Shown here: positions 12,285-23,200 of the stretch, one piece after another
How positions within the stretch are numbered: the stretch's first letter is position 1
How the letters are laid out: each line of letters opens with the position of its first letter
NCBI GenBank assembly: GCA_964016885.1
Contig: OZ024750.1
Coordinates: 33,976,001 to 34,040,000, forward strand
DNA: 64,000 nucleotides
From: Eledone cirrhosa
Lineage: Eukaryota
Direction of reading: 5' to 3'
Notes under the pieces: generated by a model
What the model was told of the DNA's origin: nothing
The model's input: only the letters and a program-made list of their open reading frames with translations
The model's database searches: none
Program-made: the position numbers and the translations under genes

Positions 12285-12491
12285 CCCTTTCACATTTAAA
12301 CTGGCAGTATCCAGCCAGTATCCAAGCAGTATCCACCTCTTTTTGTTCAAACCGACTGTAACCAGTTGCTCATACTGATGTTAAGGTATTGTTCTCAAAA
12401 TAGATTTGATATTATGTGAGATATTATGTGAGGTAAATCCTTTACTGTGAAAATACAATAGTGTATATAGAGTAATGTAAATGGTAAAGGG
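12285..12491 (-). mobile_element. piggyBac-type MITE
   Basis: TTAA-CCCTTT left; TAAAGGG-TTCA right (mutated TSD). Confidence 0.82.
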
Positions 12492-13139
12492 TTCAGGTCT
12501 CCCTAATGTGAGCCCTGTGGCATTAATAAAGAAATCATTATAATTATTGTCCTAGTGGTCAGGGTGACCACAGCTTTTGTGGCCTTTCTCTTCAAGTAAC
12601 CCTTGGAGTCTCCTCACCTTTAGGGAATTTGTTATGTTTGTTTTTTTTTTAAATGTTTATTTTCTTTATTTTGCCCCCCCCCCCCCACACACACACACAC
12701 TGCATCGTCCTGTGCTGTCTTTAATGTGTTCTTAATGTAAGCCCTGTGTGGTTAATAAAGAAAGCATTATTTTTTTTTTTTTTAATACATATAATTGTTT
12801 TTGTTTTTTACACGAAGAAATGCCCATTTGTACTGATTGCCCTGTGTCCTGTGCTACCCTGTGTACTGTGCTGTACTGAACCGGTCTGTGCTGTCCTTAA
12901 TGTTATACTTGTTGTCAACCCTTGTGGTTAATAAAAAAAGCATTATTATTTTTTTCTTTTTCAAACACTGTTATATTGTTATTTCCATATTTTTCACATC
13001 TCTTTTTATTTTATTATATTTTATTATATTTTATTATATTTTATTATAGTCTATCTTATTATAATTTATTTTATATATTATTATTTCTTTGTACTTACAG
13101 GTTAGTCATAAAACTGACTAAAAACAACATTGTTATTAT

Positions 13140-13530
13140 AATGGTGATAGTGGTGATGATGGTGGTGATGGTGGTGGTGGTGGTGGTGGTGGTGGTGGTA
13201 ATGGTGGTGGTGGTAATGGTAATGGTGGTGATGATGGTGGTGGTGGTGGTGGTGATGGTGGTGGTGGTGATGGTGGTGGTGGTGATAGTGGTGATGATGG
13301 TTGTGGTGGTGATGGTGGTGGTGATGATGGTAATGGTGGTGGTGGTGATGGTAGTGATGGTGGTAATGGTGGTGGTGGTGGTAGTGATGGTGGTGGTGGT
13401 GGTAGTGATGGTGGTGATGGTAATGGTGGTGGTAGTGGTGGTGGTGATGGTAATGGTGGTGATAGTGGTGGTGATGGTAATGGTGGTGGTGGTGGTGGTG
13501 ATGGTAATGATGGGTGGTGGTGGTGAGGGT
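13140..13530. repeat. (GGT/GAT)n trinucleotide tract
   Basis: Direct inspection; source of poly-V and poly-H ORFs. Confidence 0.95.
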
Positions 13531-13793
13531 GTGTTCTTTATTTATTTCAGAAGAATAATGTGACTGTGTGTGTATATATTTAACACACATACACATATAC
13601 ACACGTGTGTATATGTGTATGTCAACCATAATAATACGCCTTCTGTATGTGTATGTATATATATATATATATATATAGGTGTGTGTGTGTATGTGTGTGT
13701 GAGTATCTACATATATATATAAATATATGGCGGTACCCCAGCATGGCCTCAGTCGGATGGCTGGAACAGATAAAAGAGTAAATAAAAGAATAT

Positions 13794-13976
13794 AATTGTT
13801 TCTACTTTAGGCACAAGGCCAGAAATTACCCAGTGCATTACTGGTACTTTATTTTATCGACCCCGTAAGGATGAAAGGCAAAGTCAACCTTGGCGGGATT
13901 TGAACTCAGATCGTAAAGGGACGTAACTATGCTGGAAAGCATGGCATCCGACCCTCTACCGATACTGCCAATCCAC
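13794..13976 (-). mobile_element. SINE-A
   Basis: Reverse complement of head, body and tail. Confidence 0.9.
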
Positions 13977-13984
13977 AATGATAT

Positions 13985-14392
13985 ATCATCATCATCATCA
14001 CCGTTTTATGTCCGTTCTTCCACACTAGCATGGGTTAGACGGGTTGTCCTGTTGTGGGTAGTGTCCGGTCATCTGACCTTGTCTTGCTCTGATTTCTACA
14101 GCTGGATGCCCTTCCTAGCACTAACCTCATTTACAGTGAGTGCTGGGTGCCTTTTTTGCTGTGGCACCTCCACGACCACTTTACAGTGTGGGCTGGGTGA
14201 TTTTTTGCCGTGGCACCTCCACGACCACTTTGCAGTGGAATGATATGGACCCCAGTCCCTATCATCTCATTTCTACAGCTGAATAAACTGGAGCAATGTG
14301 AAATAAAGTGTCTTGCTCAAGGAAACAACACATCACCCGGTCCGAGAATTGAACTCGCAACCTTTCGATTGCAAGCCCAATGCTCTAAGCCA
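13985..14392 (-). mobile_element. Composite SINE (tRNA head, CORE-like body, 48-bp unit, RTE-like motif and tail)
   Basis: Same architecture and junction as 16579-16926; GGAAGGGCATCCAGCTGTAGAAA motif; (TGA)n tail. Confidence 0.8.
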
Positions 14393-14404
14393 TATATATA
14401 TGGA

Positions 14405-14945
14405 ATGGAATGAACCTCCGTCGATTTTGAAGATGAGTGTTCCAGTTATTCAATCAACACAACCTGATCAATGAAACTAACATGTAAGTGGCTGAGCATT
14501 CTACAGACATATGTACCCATAATGCAGTTCTCAGGGGGATTCAGTATGACCCGGTGTAAGACAAGAAGACTGACCCTTTGAATTACAGGTACAAACCATC
14601 TTGTTTAACAGTGTAAGTGGCTGAGTATTCCACAGACGTGTGTACCTTTTAATGTAATTCTCAGGGAGATTCCGCATAATACAGTGACAAGGCTAACCTT
14701 TGAATTGCAGGTACAGTCTATCATGTATTATAGTGTAAGTGGCTGAGTATTCCACAGACATATGTACCTTTGATGTAATTCTCAATTCTCAGGGAGATTC
14801 AACAATATACAGTGTAAGACAAGACTTGACCCTTTGAATTACAGGTACAGTCCACCTTGCAATATAGTCTAAGTGGCTGAGCATTCCACAGACATGTGTA
14901 CTTTTAACACCATTCTCAGGGAGATTCAGCATGACACAATGTACA
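14405..14945. repeat. Four tandem ~120-130-bp copies of a SINE body segment
   Basis: AAGTGGCTGAG(C/T)ATTC(C/T)ACAGAC..CTCAGGGAGATTC..CCCTTTGAATTACAGGTACA; also at 18050-18360, 21300-21420, 37800-37950, 39840-40010. Confidence 0.85.
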
Positions 14946-15243
14946 ACAGATACAGTCAACCAGACCCTGCAAAAACTACCATCACCCAAACAATTTCCCT
15001 GTCAATCTACCCTGTTTTATTAACAAGTCCCTCCTCGGGCAATAATAAGCCCTCACCACTGCTCAATATAAATAAATTGATAAAACTTTATAATATATCA
15101 CATTAAAAAATATCTCCTACACAATAAGCTAATCATGTTCACATATATTTAATACACCAAATGTTTGTTATAAGCCATTTCCTCTTGTTTGTACAGTGTA
15201 ACTATATTTTAAACCGGATACATTAATGAAACAATCATGTATG

Positions 15244-15309
<66 letters not shown>

Positions 15310-15312
<3 letters not shown>

Positions 15313-15780
15313 GTCGAGTTACTCTTGAGTGCTACTGATAACATGTAACCCAGTACAACCTGTCGCATGGTCGGGTCATCGGCAACTAAACTGGCAACCA
15401 CACCAAGTTTACTTGGTGAGGAGGGTGATTTTGGACACCCTGCAGGACAAAAAACAAAACCTGACAAAGGGTGGAAGAACTCATAAGAGTCAACAGCCAT
15501 CCGAAAGTGTGTAAATATGTATATACACATGTACCGCGCGGTTAAACCACTGGGAGTGAAGGACCCCTAGCATTTGTCAGAGCATTCTTCTAGGAGAAGG
15601 CAACTCAGGAAACTGGGTTAACTCCAATATAAAACCTGTGGCTCAGTAGTTACCAATGATGTTGATCTTTTCTTCTTTTCGGGTTATAGCTAGTCGTTCA
15701 GAGAGTGGGATTGGCTCAGTGCACAGTCTTTCCTCACTTTAAAAAATATCTTCACGCACAGGCATTGCACGATAGAATTA
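15310..15780 (+). mobile_element. RTE-type 5' UTR fragment
   Basis: CTAGGAGAAGGCAACTC motif; colinear with the inverted copy at 17460-17925. Confidence 0.65.
15316..15394 (+). ncRNA. Candidate HDV-like ribozyme (decayed)
   Basis: P2 CCAG/CTGG, CC-containing L3, TGGTC then GG, P4 remnant, CTAAA joiner; at element 5' end. Confidence 0.4.
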
Positions 15781-15977
15781 ATTAATAATTATTAATAATG
15801 GTATATCATGCAATGGCCATACTCGATTACGAGGGGGCAGCCATCATATATAAATGTATTCTGAGTTTTTCGAATATTAATAATAACATTCGATTCGTTT
15901 GCAATTATGCAAACAAGCATCAATTTTATAGCCATGTCAGTAAAATGAACCCTTCATTCTTGCTCTTGCGTAGGCAT

Positions 15978-16043
15978 GCGAACAGAACCGCAGACACTAA
16001 TGTTTCTGTGTATCACCCTTCATCAGTACAGCTCACTGTTCAC
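15978..16043 (-). ncRNA. Type I hammerhead ribozyme motif
   Basis: Minus strand GTGAACAGTGAGCTGTA-CTGATGA-AGGGTGATACACA-GAAA-CATTAGTG-TC-TGCGGTTCTGTTCGC; GUC site. Confidence 0.75.
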
Positions 16044-16578
16044 CTGCCAAACTGTCAGAGCTAGTGAATATATATATATATATATAAGTTTGAAGAATAG
16101 TCAGACAAAATTTATCCAATTTTTTCTTCTTAGTCTGTAGAAATCAACCAGATAAATAATCATTTAAAAGGAGCTAAGTTTAAAATGAAACTTTAAAGAA
16201 GTAATAGATAAATGTTATCGATATTCCTCTCGGAGGAACAGTCATATAAAATTTACCTAGTATTTCCTCTTAGTCCGTAGAAATTAACTAGACAAATAAT
16301 CAATTAAACAGAGCTATGTCTAAAATGTAAGTTTGAAGAAAAAAAAAGATAAATGTTACCAAAATTTCTCCCAGTCCCGACTGTTGATAGTTTCACTCGT
16401 ACTTTGTGGAAATGTCTAATCGTTGCATTATCCATGAGGCTCCGAGTTTTTCAAGAGACTCCCTCAGTTAGGACCAAAATCTCCAAATTGATCACCATTA
16501 GTAACGAATTCATATATATATATATATATATCGTTTCTGAATTTGGCAACATGACCCTCCCAAAGCATAACAATATAT

Positions 16579-16926
16579 ATCATCATCATCATCATCATTT
16601 CATTTTACGTCCGCTTTTTCCCTGCTTGCAAGGGTGGGACGGGAACTGATTCTGGCTTGATTTCTACAGCTGGATGCCCTTCCTAACACCAACCTCATTT
16701 ACAGTGAGTGCTGGGTGCTTTTTGCCGTGGCACCTCCACGACCACTTTACAGTGGAATGATAGGGACCCCAGTCCCTATCATCTCATTTCTACAGCTGAG
16801 TAAACTGGAGCAATGTGAAATAAAGTGTCTTGCTCAAGGAAATAACACATCACCCGGTCTGAGAATTGAACTCACAACCTTTCGATTGCAAGGCCAATGC
16901 TCTAACCACTAAGCCATGTGCCTCCC
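16579..16926 (-). mobile_element. Composite SINE, full length
   Basis: Head GGGAGGCACATGGCTTAGTGGTTAGAGC..GAGTTCAATTC (A and B boxes), CCTTGAGCAAGACACTT core, tail nearly identical to RTE end at 737-791. Confidence 0.85.
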
Positions 16927-16948
16927 ATATATGTATATACATATATAT

Positions 16949-16989
<41 letters not shown>

Positions 16990-17065
16990 AATATATACAC
17001 ACATACACACATATATATATATATATACACAGACGAGAAAACCATATATTCTCGCCTGTTTTCAA

Positions 17066-17158
17066 GTCCAGCAGTCGCAAGAGCGGGAGGGATCGTCCTG
17101 ATGAGAACTAGTTAAGTTCGAAATGCATTGATGATTGTCCCTCTTGTTTCTGCTGGAC
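17066..17158 (+). ncRNA. Type I hammerhead ribozyme motif with extended stem I
   Basis: ATCGTC-CTGATGA-GAACT AGTTA AGTTC-GAAA-TGCA-TT-GATGAT; outer pairing GTCCAGCAG/CTGCTGGAC and CAAGAG/CTCTTG. Confidence 0.85.
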
Positions 17159-17246
17159 ACCACCAGAGGGTGATAGCTATAGCTACAACTTTCTAAATGT
17201 TTATCTATAAACACACCGTATTTCTAAAGAAATACAAAATTCCAAT

Positions 17247-17307
<61 letters not shown>

Positions 17308-17459
17308 TATATACATATATATGGTGGCTGCCAACTCGTTTTCGAGTACGGCCACTACTTTATATCCATGTAGGAGAACCCCTACCGATGCGCTGAACGA
17401 GTGTGACTTTTTAGTCCAGCCAGCGACTTGAAAACTCTGGTACAAACACTACACTTGTG

Positions 17460-17925
17460 ACAATCATTGACACATAGTGCTGGGCCCATGGTACCATGTG
17501 ACAAGTGCAGAGAGATCTCCAGATATAAAGCAATGCCAGTGCCGTGAAGCTTTTATAGTGAGCAAAGGCACTGCACAAAGCCAGTCCTACTCTCTAAACC
17601 AAGATGATATTTACCAAAAAGAAAAACAAGTCAACATCATTGGATACCATCAGGGTTGCAGGTATTGTATCAGAGTTTTCCTTCTCCTAGAATTCTGCCT
17701 TGACAAAGGCTAAGGGGTCATCTCTCCCGGTGATTTTGGATGGCCATTGACTCTTAAGAGCTCCTTTGCCCTTTGACAGGTTTTGTTTTTAGTCCTGCAG
17801 GATGTCCAAAGTCATCCTCCTCACCAAGAAACCTTGGTGGGGTTGCCAGTTTAGTCGCCTACGACTCGACCATGAGACAGGTTGTACTGGGATACATGTT
17901 ACCAGTAGCACCAACTGGTGACCTG
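17460..17925 (-). mobile_element. RTE-type 5' UTR fragment, second copy
   Basis: Minus strand CTAGGAGAAGGAAAACTCTGA; 5' end abuts (TA)n. Confidence 0.65.
17846..17923 (-). ncRNA. Candidate HDV-like ribozyme (decayed)
   Basis: GGTCA..CCAG TAC AACCTGTC TCA TGGTC GAG TCGTAGGCGA CTAAA CTGG. Confidence 0.45.
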
Positions 17926-17927
17926 AC

Positions 17928-17958
<31 letters not shown>

Positions 17959-17978
17959 CATATATATATACATATATA

Positions 17979-18045
<67 letters not shown>

Positions 18046-18349
18046 TGTTCCAGCTGTTCGATCAATGAAACAACTTTTTTTTATAAAATTAACGTGTATT
18101 CCAAAGATATGTGTACCTTTCAGCATACTTCTCAGGGAGATTCAGCATAAGACAGTATGTGACAAAACTGATCCTTAGAATTACAGGTACAGTTCACCTT
18201 GTATTATAATCTAAGTGGCTGAGTATTCCACAAATACATGCACCCTTTACATAATTCTCAGGGATTCAGTGTGACATGACTGACCCTTTGAATTACAAGT
18301 GCAGTCAAGCTAGTGTGTGTACCTTTTATGTAATTCTCAGGGAGATTCA

Positions 18350-18695
18350 GCATGCCACAGTGTATGACAAGATTGACACAGTGTGTGATAGGACTGATAC
18401 AGTGTGACAAGATTGACAGTGTGTGACAGGACTGATAGTGTGTGACAAGATTGACAGTGTGTGACAGGACTGACAGTGTGACAAGATTGACAAAGTGTGT
18501 GACAGGACTGATACAGTGTGTGACAAGATTGACAGTGTGTGACAGGACTGACACAGTGTGACAAGATTGACACAGTGTGTGACAGGACTGATACAGTGTG
18601 TGACAAGATTGACAGTGTGTGACAGGACTGATACAGTGTGTGACAGGACTGACAATGTGTGACGAGATTAACACAGTATGTGACAAGATTGACAT
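18350..18695. repeat. Minisatellite GTGTGACA(AGAT/GGAC)TGA(C/T)A, ~20-bp alternating units
   Basis: Expanded from a GTGTGACA segment of the adjacent SINE body. Confidence 0.9.
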
Positions 18696-18787
18696 GGCTG
18701 ACTCTTCAAAATAGAGGTACGATCAATCTGACGGGCTTCAAAACAGTTTCTCTCTACCCAATTCCATTCACAAGACATAGCATAGGT

Positions 18788-19088
18788 CAGACATTCTCAA
18801 ATGTTTCCCCCACTCCCTTCACAACCACGTAATACCCTCAGCCCCACCCCCTATTTCAAGAGAAACCTGCCTGCACGCAAATAGTAAATAATATATAATA
18901 AATAAACTCGTAAATTTATAAATAATAAATAATATAATATATACTATGTATAAATAAATATATATTTTTATTTTACTGTATATATATATATATCATTTAA
19001 TAAACTATTATATCATCTCTACCGCCTCCTGGACCGTCCCCCGTCCCCCCGGAGGGGTGGGCGGTAGCGCCCACTTTGAGAACCTCTG
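18788..19088. mobile_element. hAT-type MITE inserted in a SINE
   Basis: Termini CAGACATTCTCAAA / TTTGAGAACCTCTG; 8-bp TSD GCATAGGT / GCATAGAT. Confidence 0.75.
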
Positions 19089-19364
19089 GCATAGATCAAC
19101 CCTGAGGTTCTAGTAAATAACACTAATTACCCAAGATATCACACACAATGTGTGAGAGATCGAACTCGACCCAATAATTACCAAGGTTTATCTCTCAACA
19201 ATTCACCGAGGCTGCGTCCACAATAAAGTATTCTTTGATAACTTCTTTCTTCATTAATCATTTTAAACATTAAATATTTATAAATAATCGCGTTCAAAAA
19301 TTTCATTTAAGAAATTTTAAGATATATTAAAGATATTTTAAAAATACGATTAAATATTTATGTG

Positions 19365-19421
<57 letters not shown>

Positions 19422-19482
19422 AAGGTTCCCAGTGATAATTAATTGTATTTAATATTGCTGTCCTTTCTCATTAAACTCTGCT

Positions 19483-20185
19483 AAGTCCAACACCACAGTC
19501 ACACACATCGTCCCCATCCTTTAAATATCCCCATTTTGCCAGGTTGACTTTTGCACAACCAACACCAGATCTTAAACTGTTGAGGCATTTCCAACACTGC
19601 ATAGTTTGTATCTGCTCCGGGAAGCAGTGCATCGTTCGTCTTTAACTCCATTGTTGTTACAGATTGGAGGTTAAGTTTTTCTTCCCAGCGAATGACTCTT
19701 TCACTACTTATGCTTTATGTTCCATGGGCCGTGATGCTCTTTATGAAACCTTTCCTGGATTTAAGGCAGCTTTTGGCTGGCACATGGCCGAAGAGAGGAT
19801 GTTTTTTTTTATCTGTAGTCTGTTGTTGACGCTCTCTCTTGCTTGCTGCACTTCGTCGTATCTTTGGTGGAGCTATGCCTGCCAGGATATGCAGATGGTC
19901 GTGTAGTACGTATAGATTTCAGGCAGCCTGTGATGTGGCGGCAGCTAGCATTGAGGGCGGGATCTAGCTTCTGAATATGGATAGCTCGCTCCCATACTGG
20001 GCATGAATACTCGGCAGCTGAGTAGCAGAGAGCTAGTGCAGTTGACTTCAGAGTCTGTTGGTTTGCACCCCAGGTTGATGTTCCTCGCATTCACTTTGCA
20101 CTTGGACTTCTCAATGTCGATCTTAAAAGAGAGACACCTGTCCAGGGTTACACCTAGATAGACTGGGTGTTCACATGGTTCAAGG
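19483..20185 (-). mobile_element. Vingi/Ingi-like LINE 3' fragment
   Basis: HPVYLGVTLDR, WGANQQTLKSTALALCYSAAEYSCPVW, RHITGCLK, WKCLNSLRSGVG..KWG..CDCG. Confidence 0.8.
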
Positions 20186-20769
20186 GGGGGGGGGGGGTCC
20201 TGACTAATTAACCAGTTTTGTGTTAAGAAAATGTTATTATCATGAAATAATTAATAATAAATAATATTAAAAAAATAAAGACAATTTTCTATAAAATTTC
20301 GAGGTTAAATTAGTTCAAAGAATTACAGGAAAAACTTGTTTGAATGGCATTTAATATAAAATATTTAGTTTCAATATATTATTAATAAATGAAGCATTTT
20401 ACTAACTTAATGGGGACTTTCTTCCTCCTAAATCGTTAAAACAACAATATACACACGCGCGCGCGCGTGTGTGTGTGTATATATATATATAATATGTGTG
20501 TGTATATATATAATATATGTATGTGTATATATATATATATAATTAGACAGTTACTAACCTGTTAAATAATAGATATTTAATACAGACAAAAAATTGTAGA
20601 TGTTATAATGGTATTCATTAAAAAATATTTAGCTTCAATATATTATTAATAAATGAAACATTTAACTAACTTAATGTTTTTTTTTTCTTCTTCCTCGTCA
20701 GTCGTTAAAATAACAATATACACACATAAATATACATACATATATATAATTAATAAGACATTTACTAAC

Positions 20770-20895
20770 CTGTTAAATGACATATTTATCTATTATTAAG
20801 ATATATTGGTTTATTCTAGTTTAGATTGTGATGAGGAATTGTAGGTGTTATAATTTCAGATAATAACTGTTACGTTTCCAGCCAAGACTTTTGTT
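20770..20895 (-). other. Candidate host exon (UTR or non-coding, possible ATG near 3' end)
   Basis: Long pyrimidine tract plus CATAG acceptor, donor CAG|GTTAGT; stops in all frames before ATGTCATTTAACAG. Confidence 0.4.
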
Positions 20896-21589
20896 CTATG
20901 ACAGGAAAAGAGAGAGAGAGAAGAAATATATTAATTTAATATTATTTTTGTGTTTTGTTTTGGTTAGAAAATAGTATTAATTCAGTTAAAATATTAGAAT
21001 ATGTTTTAACAGTCGTTAATTTCAGAAGAAAAAAAAAACGTCATTTCAGTAAGGAGCCCAACTTGACTTGCTAGAAATAGCAGTCAAATCCCCCTCAAAT
21101 CATTCTATTGTTTTAGAAATAGCAGACAGTGTGCCTCAAGTCACTCTATTGTCTAGAAATAGCAGGCAATGCCCCTCAAATCACTCCATTGTTTTAGAAA
21201 AGAAGAGTGAGTATACTTGAAAAAACGGGATGGCCATAGCTGGAAAGCATTCAATTATAAGCTTACTTGATCAGGGTTGACCAGCCGCTTAAAGAATTGA
21301 ATGGATATCCGTCGGTTTCGACGATGAGTGTTCTGCAGACACCTATATCCTTTACGTAATTCTCAGGGATATTCAGTGTGACAGTGTGTGGCATAACCAG
21401 CCCTTTGAAATACAGGTAGAGTCCATCTCATGTGCTTCCAAACAGTTTCCATCTACCAAATTTCACTCACAAGGCAATGGGTCAACTCTAAGCTATGGTA
21501 AATGCCCAAGATTCCACAGTTGGATTGAACCTGACACCTAGTGATTGTGAAGTGTACTATTAACTATTTGGTCATGCTGTATCTACAAA

Positions 21590-21864
21590 AGGTCTGTCTC
21601 AAGCCGGGAGGTTCATCAGGCCTGCGCTTACCCAGATTTCCTTGACATTAAGTGACAGAGTACAAGATTCCCACCTCCCTGGACAGGATGCCAGTCCATC
21701 TCAAGGTTAAACCCCCAGCTATTGCTGGTACTCATTTTCAACTGAATGTACTGGAGCAACGTGAAATGAAGTGTTTTGTTCAAGAACACAACACACACAC
21801 ACCCCAGTCCAGGAACCCATGACATTGTAAGCCCAACACCCTTACCACTAGGCCACACATCTCC
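21590..21864 (-). mobile_element. tRNA-derived SINE with CORE-like body
   Basis: Head GGAGATGTGTGGCCTAGTGGTAAGG; TTCTTGAACAAAACACTTCATTTCACGTTGCTCCAG. Confidence 0.75.
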
Positions 21865-22439
21865 ACTATGTTCAGTCCACACTTAAATAATAACATTTTA
21901 TTCTAAACTTATTTCTTTCTATTTATTGTTGAAAGTTTAACATGTTTTCAATTGATTATAGACAGTAATCAAAGATATTAAAAAAACTGCAAATTATCAA
22001 AATTTCCAACTCAGTTGCTGTTGGTAGAATTTTGTGAAAAATGCTTCTGAAAACTTTTCATTTAAAAAACATTTTCATAGAATAAATAATTAACTTTTTT
22101 TTAAATGTATTAATTAGATATTTGTATTATGAAAAAAATAAATAAAATAAAATAAATAAATAAAATAATGGTTTCTAATTTAGGCACAAAGCCAGCAATT
22201 AGTGGGAGAAATTAAGGCATTGACCCAGCCAGTAATTTACTAGTACTTTATTTTTTTGACCTTGGAAAGATGAAAGGCAAAGTTGATCTCCGCAACAAGA
22301 TTTAAACTCAGAACATAAAGGTTGACATAAATAAAGTATGAGTAATGTACTGAGGATGACTTAAACAACTTCCTCCTTGTTGGTCTAAATCAGAAACCAT
22401 TATTGGGTGGGGAGGCATTATAGCACTTTATCGAGTAGT

Positions 22440-23200
22440 TTAGGTACTTTTTATCATGGTGTCAGCTCTACCATTTTACAGATTTGACTGAGTATATTTT
22501 ATCATGACACCAGTACTACCACATTACAGTGTGGGGTGGGAACATTTTATCATGACACCAGTACTATCACTTTACAGTTTGGGGTGGGAACATTTTATTG
22601 TGACACCAGCACTACAATTTTACAATGTGTACAGAGTATATTTTATCATGACACCAATACTACCACTTTACAGAATGTACTGGGTGCATTTTATGGTACC
22701 AGCACTACCACTTTACAGAGTGTACTGGGTATAATTGATTGTGACACCAGCAATACCACTTTACAGAGTGTACTGGGTTTATATTATTGTGACACCAACA
22801 CTGCCACTTTACTGAGTGTACTCGGTATATTTTATTGTGACACCAGCAATACCACTTTACAGAGTGTACTGGGTTTATATTATCGTGACACCAACACTAC
22901 CACTTTACAGAGTGTACTGGGTATATTTTATCGTGACACAAACACTGCCACTTTACAGAGTGTACTGGGTTTATATTATCATGACACCAGCATTACCACT
23001 TTACAGAGTGTACTGGGTATATTTTATCATGACACCAACACTACCACTTTACAGAGTGTACTGGGTTTATATTATCATGACACCAGCATTACCACTTTAC
23101 AGAGTGTACTAGGTATATTTTATCATGACACCAACACTACCACTTTACAGAGTGTACTGAGTATATTTTATCATGACACCAGCACTGCCATGTTACAATG
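22440..23200. repeat. 48-bp tandem minisatellite, ~16 units
   Basis: GTATATTTTATCATGACACCA(A/G)CACTACCACTTTACAGAGTGTACTGG; related to the internal unit of the composite SINE. Confidence 0.92.

Larger units (their letters stand above)
11850..12960 (+). repeat. Repeated retroelement-like 3' tail CCCT(T)GTG(T)GGTTAATAAAGAAATCATTATT
   Basis: About five copies here, plus 1-20 and ~6170-6250; contains AATAAA and an (ATT)n tail. Confidence 0.65.

Noticed and set aside
12922-13629. Poly-Val and poly-His ORFs (also 43784-44611)
   Set aside because: Trinucleotide microsatellite translations
16850-16926. tRNA gene (Cys-like anticodon loop); likewise SINE-A heads
   Set aside because: A/B boxes present but no acceptor stem, and they continue into SINE bodies
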